Positions 36,236 through 45,561 of a DNA stretch of 64,000 nucleotides are shown here, piece by piece. Made by a program: the position numbers and the translations under genes. The notes beneath the pieces are model-generated. The model worked only from the letters and a program-made list of their open reading frames with translations, ran no database searches and was not told the origin of the DNA. Numbering within the stretch: the stretch's first letter is position 1; every line of letters begins with the position of its first letter. Location of the stretch: positions 160,001 through 224,000 of the IMG/VR virus record IMGVR_UViG_3300045988_176431. The stretch is one strand, 5' to 3'. The stretch is from a virus.

Positions 36236-37111
36236 TTACCATTTAATATTTTTTGTAGCAACCCATTTACCGGTTCCAATATTAGTCCAATATTTTCTCT
36301 TACATACAATACTTACAGTATCACCTGCTTTGAGTTTACCGATTTTTTTCGATACTTTCTTATTTGTTTTACGAATATAACTATTCTTTTTTAATTTCTT
36401 CGTTGGATATTTACTAAGTCCAATTGTATTAAGGGCTGTATTTTTCATATATCCAGTTTTACCCTTATAATATACTTTAGACCATCCATCTTTCATATCT
36501 TTTAAGATATTCACATAGATTCCTTTATCTAATTTTGCAATAACACCCTTCTTAACATCCTGAGTTTTGTAAATCTTACAAACTACTTTTGTTTTAGAAG
36601 AACGTGTTTTGCCTTTCCCTTTAACGTTTGCCCCATTATAATCTACGCCATCAATTTTACCATAATATGTAAAATCTTTTGCTCTCTCTTCCCATGTGGA
36701 GATTGTGCAATCTTTTGCTGTAGAACGTGCTTCATAGATATATGCTTTTCCTTCATCATTCACATGAATCAAAGCAATATGTCCTTGATACCAGATTCCC
36801 ATTCCATCTACAACATGACTATCATTACTCACTTTATGGCATACTTTAAAACTATCTTTAATACCAGTAGAACCACCGTGGTTTGTTCCAGTTGCTTTAC
36901 CAACAAACCCAGAACAATCAATACCGATTTTTCCTACTTTATTCATAGCCATTGATTTAATAGATCTTGTAAATACAGAAGGGTACATTCTAGCAAGATT
37001 CGAAACACCTGCTTTAGTTACTTTCGTTCCTTTGTATCCATACACATATACATATCCATCTTTAATCATTCTTCTTGCATTCTTGCAAGCATCTGATGCT
37101 TTAACAGACAT
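36236..37111 (-). CDS. Endolysin: NlpC/P60 endopeptidase plus two SH3b-like domains
   Basis: GIDCSGFVGKATG is the catalytic Cys motif. HIALIH follows. The C-terminal GWSKVYYKGKTGYM and YWTNIGTGKWVATKNI are SH3b-like. Track ORF 36236..37129; the ATG at 37111 has the better RBS. Confidence 0.7.
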   Translation of the reverse strand: MSVKASDACKNARRMIKDGYVYVYGYKGTKVTKAGVSNLARMYPSVFTRSIKSMAMNKVGKIGIDCSGFVGKATGTNHGGSTGIKDSFKVCHKVSNDSHVVDGMGIWYQGHIALIHVNDEGKAYIYEARSTAKDCTISTWEERAKDFTYYGKIDGVDYNGANVKGKGKTRSSKTKVVCKIYKTQDVKKGVIAKLDKGIYVNILKDMKDGWSKVYYKGKTGYMKNTALNTIGLSKYPTKKLKKNSYIRKTNKKVSKKIGKLKAGDTVSIVCKRKYWTNIGTGKWVATKNIKW

Positions 37112-37170
37112 ATAGACACTTCCTTTCATTTATTTTTTATTTTCTCTTAATTATATGTCTAAAAAATAGT

Positions 37171-39177
37171 TTAAGCAATGTATTTTTGTATTGATAAGAT
37201 AATATAGAAAAAGATTGCTTTCTTATAATTAATTCGGCTTGCAATTCTACTGTATTTTTTATCTACACCAGATTCTTTTAACCATTGATTTAAAATCGAA
37301 TTAATTCTTTCTATATTATCATTTTTACTATTTGTTTTCTTAAATAATGAAGCAGCCCATGCTAAAAAGTATTGACTTCTAACATCACGAATTCGTTTTT
37401 TATCCTCATAAATATATAAGAATAAAATAGACTCGATCATTTTTTGTAGTTCATCAACATTCTTCTCTGTCATAAGTTCTGTTAAAAAGAATCGACAATC
37501 ACTAATTCCAACACCTGCCATTTTAGCACTTGCTTCTGCTCGTACAATATCAACACCATTTGCAATAATAGGCATATATACTTTTAAAACAGCATTTTGT
37601 ACTTCTGTTGATGCATTAGATACTTCATCAATAATTGGAGTATCGTCATCATACATTGTATTTGTTGTCACAACTGCATTACCGTTTTTATAATTTTCCA
37701 TATAAATATTAGCAATCTTTTTAAACATCGAGTTATGATCATTACGAATACGTTGAATAAATCGAATTACTTCTTTATCATTTCCTTCTTTCATATAAGG
37801 TTTTAAGAACTTATATGAATTTTGAATGCTTTCAACCAAAGCTCCAAATACATGATTTGTCTTTTTAATCAAAAACTTATCTGTCATATTATCAATCGTA
37901 TATTTCATAACAGGTTCAATGACACCATTTGGAAAATACTTTGTATAAATGGATGGATAAGCTGATAAAGCATAAATAGATAAAGCGGAGTTTAAACTCT
38001 TTTTATCTGGATGAATTGTAAAATATCGAATCACAAAATAAAACAACGAAAAAATTGGATTACGATTTAATAGCAAAAACTTCGAGCTACCAAGAGTTTT
38101 CGTGTGTTCTTTCATTGTTGCTTTTAATTGTTTTTCTGTAATTCCAAAAAGTGTATAATACTGAGCTTTATCATTATCTGTAAAAGGAATCAAATATACA
38201 GGACCACTTGTTGTTAGTTTCGTAATATTTCGGTTAATATAGTTACTTACAAGTTGATTAAATTTTCTTACATTTCCTGGATTCCCTTTAAAAGTATTTT
38301 CAATAAAAGGACTGATAAAGTCTCTAAGAAGAGTGCTATTTCCAGCAGCTTCTACAAATACATCATATTCTTCATCAACACTTTTCATGATATAAGACCA
38401 GTCATTTGTTAAATCCTCTACAGATTCTTCAAAATCAATATCAAGATTAAACTCTTTAATCTTTTTATTGATATTTTTTCTAAGTTCCGTTCTCTTATTT
38501 TTTGGACAATAAGAGAACATTTTGATTGCTTGTCTTATATGAATCTCATCAATTAAAGGAAATTTTCTTTCTTCTGGTAATCCAAAATCAGAATCTTTTA
38601 ATTCATTACGTTCATAAGTATTTAATTTGCTTTCTGGAAAATATTCTTCTTCTGAACTTTCTGTTACTACTTTTTGATTATTCTTTGAAAAATACTTATC
38701 TTTCAATTTATCAAAAGCAGATTTATTTTCTTCTTTCTCTTTTTTTTCACGTTCTTCTTTTTTAATATTTTTATCATAACGTTTTTTTCGTTTCATCAAC
38801 ATATCCATTTGTTTTTCATATACATCTTTGGAAATTAATCCTTGAGTCTTCATTTTCTTTATATGAGAAATTTGATCATCGATTACTGATTCATACATTG
38901 TCTCATCTAAGAAACTGATTTCTTTTGTTTCAGAATCAATCGTAATTATATTACTTTCGTAAATATCTTCTGCATTCTTTGAATACAGGATAGCATCTAG
39001 TTTATCATCTGGATGCTCTTTTTTTGGTAAAGTCCTAATATAATCATTTACCGCTTCTGTTAAAGTGCTAAAGTGTTCATTAAATTGAATATCATCATTT
39101 AATAAATCAGTTATTACATAGTCACTTTCTTCAATATGTTCAATTGCAGATTCATTATACCATGTCATTATCATCAC
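37171..39177 (-). CDS. Large hypothetical protein
   Basis: 668 aa. Contains FGLPEERKFPLIDEIHIRQAIKMF, a motif type seen at the start of several phage virion proteins. Function unknown. Confidence 0.6.
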   Translation of the reverse strand: MMIMTWYNESAIEHIEESDYVITDLLNDDIQFNEHFSTLTEAVNDYIRTLPKKEHPDDKLDAILYSKNAEDIYESNIITIDSETKEISFLDETMYESVIDDQISHIKKMKTQGLISKDVYEKQMDMLMKRKKRYDKNIKKEEREKKEKEENKSAFDKLKDKYFSKNNQKVVTESSEEEYFPESKLNTYERNELKDSDFGLPEERKFPLIDEIHIRQAIKMFSYCPKNKRTELRKNINKKIKEFNLDIDFEESVEDLTNDWSYIMKSVDEEYDVFVEAAGNSTLLRDFISPFIENTFKGNPGNVRKFNQLVSNYINRNITKLTTSGPVYLIPFTDNDKAQYYTLFGITEKQLKATMKEHTKTLGSSKFLLLNRNPIFSLFYFVIRYFTIHPDKKSLNSALSIYALSAYPSIYTKYFPNGVIEPVMKYTIDNMTDKFLIKKTNHVFGALVESIQNSYKFLKPYMKEGNDKEVIRFIQRIRNDHNSMFKKIANIYMENYKNGNAVVTTNTMYDDDTPIIDEVSNASTEVQNAVLKVYMPIIANGVDIVRAEASAKMAGVGISDCRFFLTELMTEKNVDELQKMIESILFLYIYEDKKRIRDVRSQYFLAWAASLFKKTNSKNDNIERINSILNQWLKESGVDKKYSRIASRINYKKAIFFYIILSIQKYIA

Positions 39178-40066
39178 CTACATAATTTAATAAAATACTT
39201 TGAACTTCTTTGACCGACTCATGCATCGGTTTATTTTTCGAATTTTTCTTTTTCTCTTGAATATCTTTACGCTTTTTCTTATATTTATCATATTTATCCA
39301 AAGTCCTTTCTGATTTCTTACTAAGGATTCTCATTGCTCGATTCTTTGTACTTTCATCTTTTGTAAGTTTTCCACCTAGTTTAAATGATTTACTTACAGC
39401 AGATAAAGAAAGTCTTTTGATTTCTCCAGATACATACGAAATCCAAGAAGTCATACGAGAAAGAATTTTATCTGTTTGATAAATATCAACCTCTTCTAAT
39501 CTATTAATATTACTTTCTACCCACCGATTAAAATCATCAATAGCAGGAGCCCCTTGATTACAAACTAATCTCTTATAATCAAGTAAGAAATCACCAATTG
39601 ATGATAAAGCAATAAGTATTTCACTTGCTCCAGGAACAGGTGCTAATAATGGAGTCCACCCAAGAGCAAATGCTGTTGGTACAGATATTTTATTATATCC
39701 TCTCATATTTTTAAATTCTTTTGCCTTCGTTGTCAAAACATTTAAACTTGATGTAAGGATTTTTTTCTTTTTATCTGGATGAATTCCTTTTAATTTGACT
39801 TGCTCTTTATTTTTCTTTGTATTTTCAATTGCTTTCTTAAAAGTTTTTTCTTTAAAGAAATTTACAATTTTTTGTAAAGCTTCTTTTACTTTATTAACTA
39901 ATTGCTTTACTTTTTCTTTTACAGAATCACCTTTTGATTCTGTCATCCAATATAAATTATTTTTATTTTTCGTATATTCTAATAAATTCTTCGACATATT
40001 GGTAGCCTCTGTAATACACGAATCTATATCAGAAAATATACTTTCAATCTCTTGTACATAATTCAT
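39155..40066 (-). CDS. Hypothetical protein, helical/hydrophobic; member of a loose 4-gene family
   Basis: N-terminal ...LYWMTES, then KVKEALQKIVNFFKEK. Hydrophobic segment AFALGWTPLLAPVPGASEILIAL. Confidence 0.6.
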   Translation of the reverse strand: MNYVQEIESIFSDIDSCITEATNMSKNLLEYTKNKNNLYWMTESKGDSVKEKVKQLVNKVKEALQKIVNFFKEKTFKKAIENTKKNKEQVKLKGIHPDKKKKILTSSLNVLTTKAKEFKNMRGYNKISVPTAFALGWTPLLAPVPGASEILIALSSIGDFLLDYKRLVCNQGAPAIDDFNRWVESNINRLEEVDIYQTDKILSRMTSWISYVSGEIKRLSLSAVSKSFKLGGKLTKDESTKNRAMRILSKKSERTLDKYDKYKKKRKDIQEKKKNSKNKPMHESVKEVQSILLNYVGDDNDMV

Positions 40067-40174
40067 AGTATTTTCCTCACTTTCATAAAAAATATATTAA
40101 TAAATTGTCCATCTCTTTATTTATATATTATTCTTATAGTGATGATATAAGAATAAGAAAGGTGGTAAATTATT

Positions 40175-41056
40175 ATGGTAGATAATTTGAACATGACGAG
40201 AGAAAGAATAAGAAAACGTCGTAAATATTGGATTGAACGAATGGAATCGAATTCAATTTATAAAAGAGAAACTGAACGAAGTATTGATAAATCTCGTTTA
40301 TATCATTCTTATCATATAAGAGATAAGATTTCTCCAATTTATGATACTCCTGCTAAAGTAGAATATCGTGAAGAAAAGACAAACGAAACGATTATGCATA
40401 TATGTGATGAAGTGTCAAATTATGATAGTTCACCGGAAACTAAAATTGCTGTACTTAATTTTGCATCTTATAAAAGACCTGGTGGAGGATTTCTTACAGG
40501 AACTGGCACGGCACAAGAAGAATCTCTTTGTGAAGTAAGTAACCTTGCTTTAATCTTAGAGAATTTTATCGATGAATATCGGGAAAGAAAAGCAAATTAT
40601 GGATTGTATTCAAATGATTGTATTTATTCTCCTGATGTTTTATTTCGAGATAAAGGAAGAAAATGTATATTACGTCGATGTGATGTAATCAGTATATCGG
40701 CACCAAATTATATCGTTTATACGAGTAAGGGAAACGATTTCTCATTTAGAAATAAATATGGAACAACTAGTATTCATCATCATTTAGATTACCTAGATGC
40801 AATTGATACTAGAATTCAAACTATTTTTGATATTGCGGTTGACAATAAGGTAGATGTTTTAGTTCTTGGTGCCTTTGGATGTGGAATTTTTGGAAACAAA
40901 CCAACGTTAGTTGCTGAAACTATGTTTAAACTGGTAAAAATATATGAAAAGAACTTTAAGAAAATTATTTTTACGATTCCATATAATCCAAAAGTAACAC
41001 CAGCATTTAAATTATATTATAAATTATATAAGGAAGGAAAAGGTGAAGAACTATGA
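40175..41056 (+). CDS. Macro-domain superfamily protein of the TIGR02452 / microbial PARG-like (DUF2263) type
   Basis: AVLNFASYKRPGGGFLTGTGTAQEESLCEVSNL and VLVLGAFGCGIFGNKP match the family signature as I remember it. Confidence 0.65.
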   Translation: MVDNLNMTRERIRKRRKYWIERMESNSIYKRETERSIDKSRLYHSYHIRDKISPIYDTPAKVEYREEKTNETIMHICDEVSNYDSSPETKIAVLNFASYKRPGGGFLTGTGTAQEESLCEVSNLALILENFIDEYRERKANYGLYSNDCIYSPDVLFRDKGRKCILRRCDVISISAPNYIVYTSKGNDFSFRNKYGTTSIHHHLDYLDAIDTRIQTIFDIAVDNKVDVLVLGAFGCGIFGNKPTLVAETMFKLVKIYEKNFKKIIFTIPYNPKVTPAFKLYYKLYKEGKGEEL

Positions 41057-41646
41057 AAAAAATAAATTCATATGTTATTAAAGTATTAAAGAATTGCTTA
41101 GATTTTAAAAATACTAAAATCAATATGAAGTTTGAAGATAGAGTTTCTTTATTTATTCAAACAATTTCAGGTACTTATTTCGACTTTTCAAAATGGGTAG
41201 AAAGAAGAACGTTTGAAAATCTCTTTCATATGATTTTTACATTTGATATGAATGATGTATTGAGAAGTTGTCCTGAAAAGAAACAAGAGTTAATGATTGG
41301 AGATTTTGATCCTGATGATGTGATTATTGCATTCTTAGGACCACTGATGGAATATCAACCATTAAATGATGAAATGATTTCTGAATTATTTGAGAATGAG
41401 AATAAATCTTTTGTGACATACGCATTCTTAATTACGATGTATGTCTCATTTCCATTTCATGTAATTGAGAGATTATTAGATGAGGTTTCTATTCCTGATA
41501 AAGAAATCATTATGAGATCTCAGTATTTTACAGAAGAAGAATATAATAGTATTTCTTTTCATTGTACCTCTCTTGGTAGTTATACAAACTACTTAGAAAA
41601 TTATATTGCACGAATAACCACAAGTATATCATTAGAAAGAAATTAG
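41053..41646 (+). CDS. Hypothetical protein
   Basis: Overlaps the upstream stop by 4 nt (ATGA). 197 aa. Confidence 0.6.
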   Translation: MKKINSYVIKVLKNCLDFKNTKINMKFEDRVSLFIQTISGTYFDFSKWVERRTFENLFHMIFTFDMNDVLRSCPEKKQELMIGDFDPDDVIIAFLGPLMEYQPLNDEMISELFENENKSFVTYAFLITMYVSFPFHVIERLLDEVSIPDKEIIMRSQYFTEEEYNSISFHCTSLGSYTNYLENYIARITTSISLERN

Positions 41647-41661
41647 GGGGAAAATAATAAA

Positions 41662-42183
41662 ATGAATTACGCAGATATAAAAGAATATGATGTAGCAAAT
41701 GGTCCAGGAGTTCGACTTAGTTTATTTGTATCTGGATGTCCACATCATTGTAAGAATTGCTTTAATGAAGAAACATGGGATTACTCTTACGGAAAACCAT
41801 TTACTGAATTTGAAGAATCTAAGATGATTTCTATTTTGAAAAAGAAATTGGGATACATTTATGACGGTCTTTCAATTCTTGGTGGAGAACCATTTGCTGA
41901 CGAAAATAAAAATGATGTATTACATTTTGTCAAAAGAGTCAAAAAAGAAATTCCAGATATTAATATCTGGATGTATTCTGGATATTTATTTGAAGAATTG
42001 ATAGAAGATGACATAAAATATGAAATTTTAAGTCATATTAATACATTGGTCGATGGGAGATTCGTAGAAAACTTAAAGGACTTGAAATTACGATTTAGAG
42101 GTTCTTCAAATCAAAGAATTATCGATGTTCAGGAATCATTAAAAACAAAAACTGTAAAAGAAATGTATAATTACTATAAATAA
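41662..42183 (+). CDS. nrdG: Anaerobic ribonucleotide reductase activating protein
   Basis: DVANGPGVRLSLFVSGCPHHCKNCFN is the canonical NrdG N-terminus with the CxxxCxxC cluster. 173 aa. Confidence 0.9.
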   Translation: MNYADIKEYDVANGPGVRLSLFVSGCPHHCKNCFNEETWDYSYGKPFTEFEESKMISILKKKLGYIYDGLSILGGEPFADENKNDVLHFVKRVKKEIPDINIWMYSGYLFEELIEDDIKYEILSHINTLVDGRFVENLKDLKLRFRGSSNQRIIDVQESLKTKTVKEMYNYYK

Positions 42184-42374
42184 TTATACATTATTTTCAT
42201 GTCGATACTTAATATGTATATTAAGTATCTATTGAAAGCCCAAAGAGATTCAAAACTCATTCATGAGATTAGATCATCAGGAAGTTTAAATACACCGAGG
42301 TACCAAAAGGGGTTTTCCACCTAAAAATTTTATTCGGCATTTCCGATAAAAATCATGGTGAAAGGGTACACAGA

Positions 42375-42417
42375 AAAAAGAAGTCTGATAACTTTAATTA
42401 TCAGACTTCTTTTTTTA
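42375..42417 (+). terminator. Rho-independent terminator
   Basis: AAAAAGAAGTCTGATAA...TTATCAGACTTCTTTTTTT. Confidence 0.8.
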
Positions 42418-42457
42418 ATCAACACATAAAAATTAAAAAAATAAGGAGGATAAGAAA

Positions 42458-43183
42458 ATGAATGACATTGTGAGATTTACAAAAGGAAATAAGAATGATT
42501 TTATCGCAAGAAATAACTCTGGTAAAATCATTCTGTCAAAGAATAGAATTAGAAAAGAAGGTTATTATAAAATCACTGATTCTGAAGAAACAGAAAAATA
42601 TATTTTAGCAAGTACAAAAAGAATTCCTTATGATTATTATCCAGAAATTGATTATGAGGAATTCTTAAAAGTTCTTGATGCAAATGGATTTAAAATTGGA
42701 TTCATTGAAGATTTCCATTATAAATCAGATACTCATGAAGGAAATGAACATCTGGTGTTTGCATATGATTTATCAACGAATCTTATTATTGTGGCAGAAA
42801 CTTGGAATAATGGTGAATCCATAATTAACGTACACTTATATTGTCCGGGTTATACACGCCATAATAAACTTACAGTGAAGCAAATAAATGACACAAGTGT
42901 ATTAAGACTAGATATTGATGATATATATGATTCTCACAAGAATATAGGAATTATTCATATGATAAAGCATCATATGAATAAATTTTCTTCATCTGGTAAG
43001 AATACATATAAGAATGTCTCTATCAGTTTATGGAACTATTCAGAATCAATTGCTCAGAATATGTCAAATAATAAATTTATTGACTTTTATGCAAAGACTC
43101 TTGAGAAAATTAATCGTGCTGATAAAAATGATATGTTAAAGTTATTTAAAGGAAATACTATTATGTTAGAAGCCTTAAAATAA
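42458..43183 (+). CDS. Hypothetical protein
   Basis: RBS AAGGAGG, 241 aa. Confidence 0.6.
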   Translation: MNDIVRFTKGNKNDFIARNNSGKIILSKNRIRKEGYYKITDSEETEKYILASTKRIPYDYYPEIDYEEFLKVLDANGFKIGFIEDFHYKSDTHEGNEHLVFAYDLSTNLIIVAETWNNGESIINVHLYCPGYTRHNKLTVKQINDTSVLRLDIDDIYDSHKNIGIIHMIKHHMNKFSSSGKNTYKNVSISLWNYSESIAQNMSNNKFIDFYAKTLEKINRADKNDMLKLFKGNTIMLEALK

Positions 43184-43193
43184 TTTTGACGAT

Positions 43194-43232
43194 AGAAAGT
43201 GGTGTAGTTAAAACTACACCACTTTCTTTTTT
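43194..43232. terminator. Bidirectional terminator
   Basis: AGAAAGTGGTGTAGTT AA AACTACACCACTTTCT plus a T-run. Confidence 0.8.
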
Positions 43233-43252
43233 TAATATTGATAATCTTTTAT

Positions 43253-44002
43253 TTATTTTCTAAATTCTTTAGTTATCTGCTTATTCCATTCTAATGCTTT
43301 CTTTTTTTCTTCCTCTGTTAAATTTCTACGCATACCTTTATTCTTATCATTATTCGTCTTTTCTTTTTCAATCTTTTTCATTGCTTTGTCAACTGCCTGA
43401 AGTTCCGCAGATGTTTCATCAGATATTATATTTAACTTACCTAATGTTTTTTGCATTAATATATCATCTGAATTCATTGCTTCATTAAATATACGATCTA
43501 ATTCACGTCTTTTATCGTTATTTCTATTTTTTATTTTTTTAATAATAGCTAGAGAAGCTGAAAGAGTTAGAACTAAACCAGCACCCGCAATAATTTTTTT
43601 CTTTTTTGATTTATACTCATCTACTAAATCGCTTACTTCTTCTTTTGATTCTGCTTTATCAATTTTTTTCATGGTAGCATCTGCTTCTTTTGAAATCTTT
43701 TCATAATCTGGTATATCAATTTCAACATCTTTCAATTCTGGAGTATCTTTTATAATTATTTCAATTTTATTTTTATTAAAAAATTGAGAAATCTTATTGG
43801 TAATATTTTGTATTAACCTTTTAATTCTATCAATAATTTTTCTTATAAAACTTTTTTGTTTTACAGTTATTGTGAATAATTCTGAATCTTGAGTACTTTC
43901 TATCATAGTAATACATGATTCACATTCACATATTAACTTAGAAAAACTTGTATCTGTATCATAAAAATCAGAAAATGTCTCGAAACGTTGTTCTCTTAAC
44001 AT
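43253..44002 (-). CDS. Hypothetical protein with one TM segment; member of a loose 4-gene family
   Basis: N-terminal ...CITMIES, then RIKRLIQNITNKISQFFNK. TM segment IIAGAGLVLTLSASLAII. Confidence 0.6.
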   Translation of the reverse strand: MLREQRFETFSDFYDTDTSFSKLICECESCITMIESTQDSELFTITVKQKSFIRKIIDRIKRLIQNITNKISQFFNKNKIEIIIKDTPELKDVEIDIPDYEKISKEADATMKKIDKAESKEEVSDLVDEYKSKKKKIIAGAGLVLTLSASLAIIKKIKNRNNDKRRELDRIFNEAMNSDDILMQKTLGKLNIISDETSAELQAVDKAMKKIEKEKTNNDKNKGMRRNLTEEEKKKALEWNKQITKEFRK

Positions 44003-44075
44003 ATTTTTTACCTCACTTTCTTATATTAAACTAAAATATATTTATATTTATGTACTTTTTTTTAAATAAATATAT

Positions 44076-44122
44076 AAAAAAGAATGAAGTGATACTTTTT
44101 TAGTATCACTTCATTCTTTTTT
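44076..44122 (-). terminator. Terminator after nrdD exon 2
   Basis: AGAATGAAGTGATACT...AGTATCACTTCATTCT, with a T-run in the minus orientation. Confidence 0.8.
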
Positions 44123-44124
44123 CT

Positions 44125-44505
44125 TTATAAATGAGTTACACGAGATTTTATTTCTTTTGTTTTTCCGATATTCCAGAAATTTTCACCTAAATATCCACAT
44201 GTACGTCTTGTTACATTCATTTTTCTTTTATCTTTATTTCCACAGTTTGGACATTCCCATTCATTATCATCATTAATGATAATCTCACCGTCATATCCAC
44301 AAACGTGACAATAATCTGATTTTGTATTAAATTCACCATACTGAATATGATCATAAATATAATATACAACTTTTGCTACTGCTTCTAAGTTATTTTGTAA
44401 ATTAGGAATTTCTACATAAGAAATTGCACCACCGCTTGATAATTCTTGAAATTCGGATTCAAAATCGAATTTACTAAAAGCATCAATCTTTTCTCTCACA
44501 TCTAT
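44125..44505 (-). CDS. nrdD: Anaerobic ribonucleoside-triphosphate reductase, exon 2 (zinc site plus glycyl-radical domain)
   Basis: CHVCGYDGE...CPNCGN and RRTCGYLG...KSRVTHL match the NrdD C-terminus (E. coli RRVCGYLG...KRRVKHL). There is no own ATG (the track start is GTG). The proposed exon start is ATA GAT GTG at 44505. Confidence 0.8.
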   Translation of the reverse strand: MDVREKIDAFSKFDFESEFQELSSGGAISYVEIPNLQNNLEAVAKVVYYIYDHIQYGEFNTKSDYCHVCGYDGEIIINDDNEWECPNCGNKDKRKMNVTRRTCGYLGENFWNIGKTKEIKSRVTHL

Positions 44506-45561
44506 CTTATTTACCCTCGATTTCTCGATATTTATATAGGGAATAGACTATCTCATAATCTAATATAAAAAATATATTAGATCCTTTGCACTACACACGT
44601 GGAATTTCACCACAATGCTCTTATGACATAATAATCATTATATCAAATTTAGTCGTTACACTTTACTTTTAATTAATTCTTTTACCTCTTAAACCTTTAT
44701 ATGTAGACATTCTACCACTAAGTAGAGATTTTAAACTAGATGGATTCCATCCATTCTCAAAACATGTTTTATTAACATTTTTGTACTCTTTAGAACTTCC
44801 GTCTGGAAAATAAATTATAAATTTAACAGTTCTTCTTGTATTTCCTTGTTGTTCTTTAACATGAACCCATCTACAATTTGACTTTTCATAGTTTCCATCA
44901 GGATCAATCCTATCTAATGAAACATTTTTTTCTCCATATAATAAACACGCATCTTTATAAGATTCAAACATATCATCATAAAAATCAATAAAATATATCC
45001 ATGAATCACTGTTTATCCCTCTTCCGCCATAATCTGAATAATGTTCATATGTTGGATTAGTTGTCCGTGTTCGTAACGAACACCAAATTGAATGAAATTT
45101 TATATTTTTCGTTTTTAATCCAGTTCCACACGCACTATGATTTGTTCCAGAATGTCTCATGACAGTTTCAGGTAGCATTGTTTTATATCTTCCGCATTTT
45201 GTACATCTCATTAAATAGACTGATGTTTTTCTTTGTACATGATAACCATAACTGATACATTTTAGATCATCTACAATTGTACCATTTTTGAGTATTTCTA
45301 AAGGTTTCAATATTTAATCACACCTTTCTTCTTTAATAAAAAATAGTATAATTAAATATTATTAATTAAAAGTCTTAGCACGGTATTACCTGCTATCCAA
45401 TATTATTGGACCGTAGGTTCTCTTAGGGAGCGTATTCGAGATTTAAAATCCTTATTTAACTCTTACCGTTAGCAAATTATAAAAATATAATTCACACCTA
45501 CTATTTAGTAGTTCACAAAGTTTTTCATTATATATCACTATATAATGCCACTAGTATGTCA
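44506..45561 (-). mobile_element. Group I-like intron splitting nrdD, carrying an HNH endonuclease ORF
   Basis: Exon 1 ends ...TAC CAT|TGA (a U precedes the junction). Exon 2 follows ...AATAAG| (terminal G). Joining gives ...YYTNSYH-IDVREKIDAF, colinear with E. coli ...YTNSFHLDVEKK. The non-coding flanks (about 250 and 160 nt) are GC-richer and contain ACCGTGCTAAGAC / GAGATAGTCT, resembling the P7 region of T4-type introns. Confidence 0.6.
44669..45310 (-). CDS. HNH-family homing endonuclease (intron-encoded)
   Basis: SLDRIDPDGNYEKSNCRWVHVKEQQGN is the typical HNH/AP2-type homing endonuclease core. N-terminal CTKCGR...HSACG zinc site. TTG start after AAAGGTG. Confidence 0.65.
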   Translation of the reverse strand: MKPLEILKNGTIVDDLKCISYGYHVQRKTSVYLMRCTKCGRYKTMLPETVMRHSGTNHSACGTGLKTKNIKFHSIWCSLRTRTTNPTYEHYSDYGGRGINSDSWIYFIDFYDDMFESYKDACLLYGEKNVSLDRIDPDGNYEKSNCRWVHVKEQQGNTRRTVKFIIYFPDGSSKEYKNVNKTCFENGWNPSSLKSLLSGRMSTYKGLRGKRIN

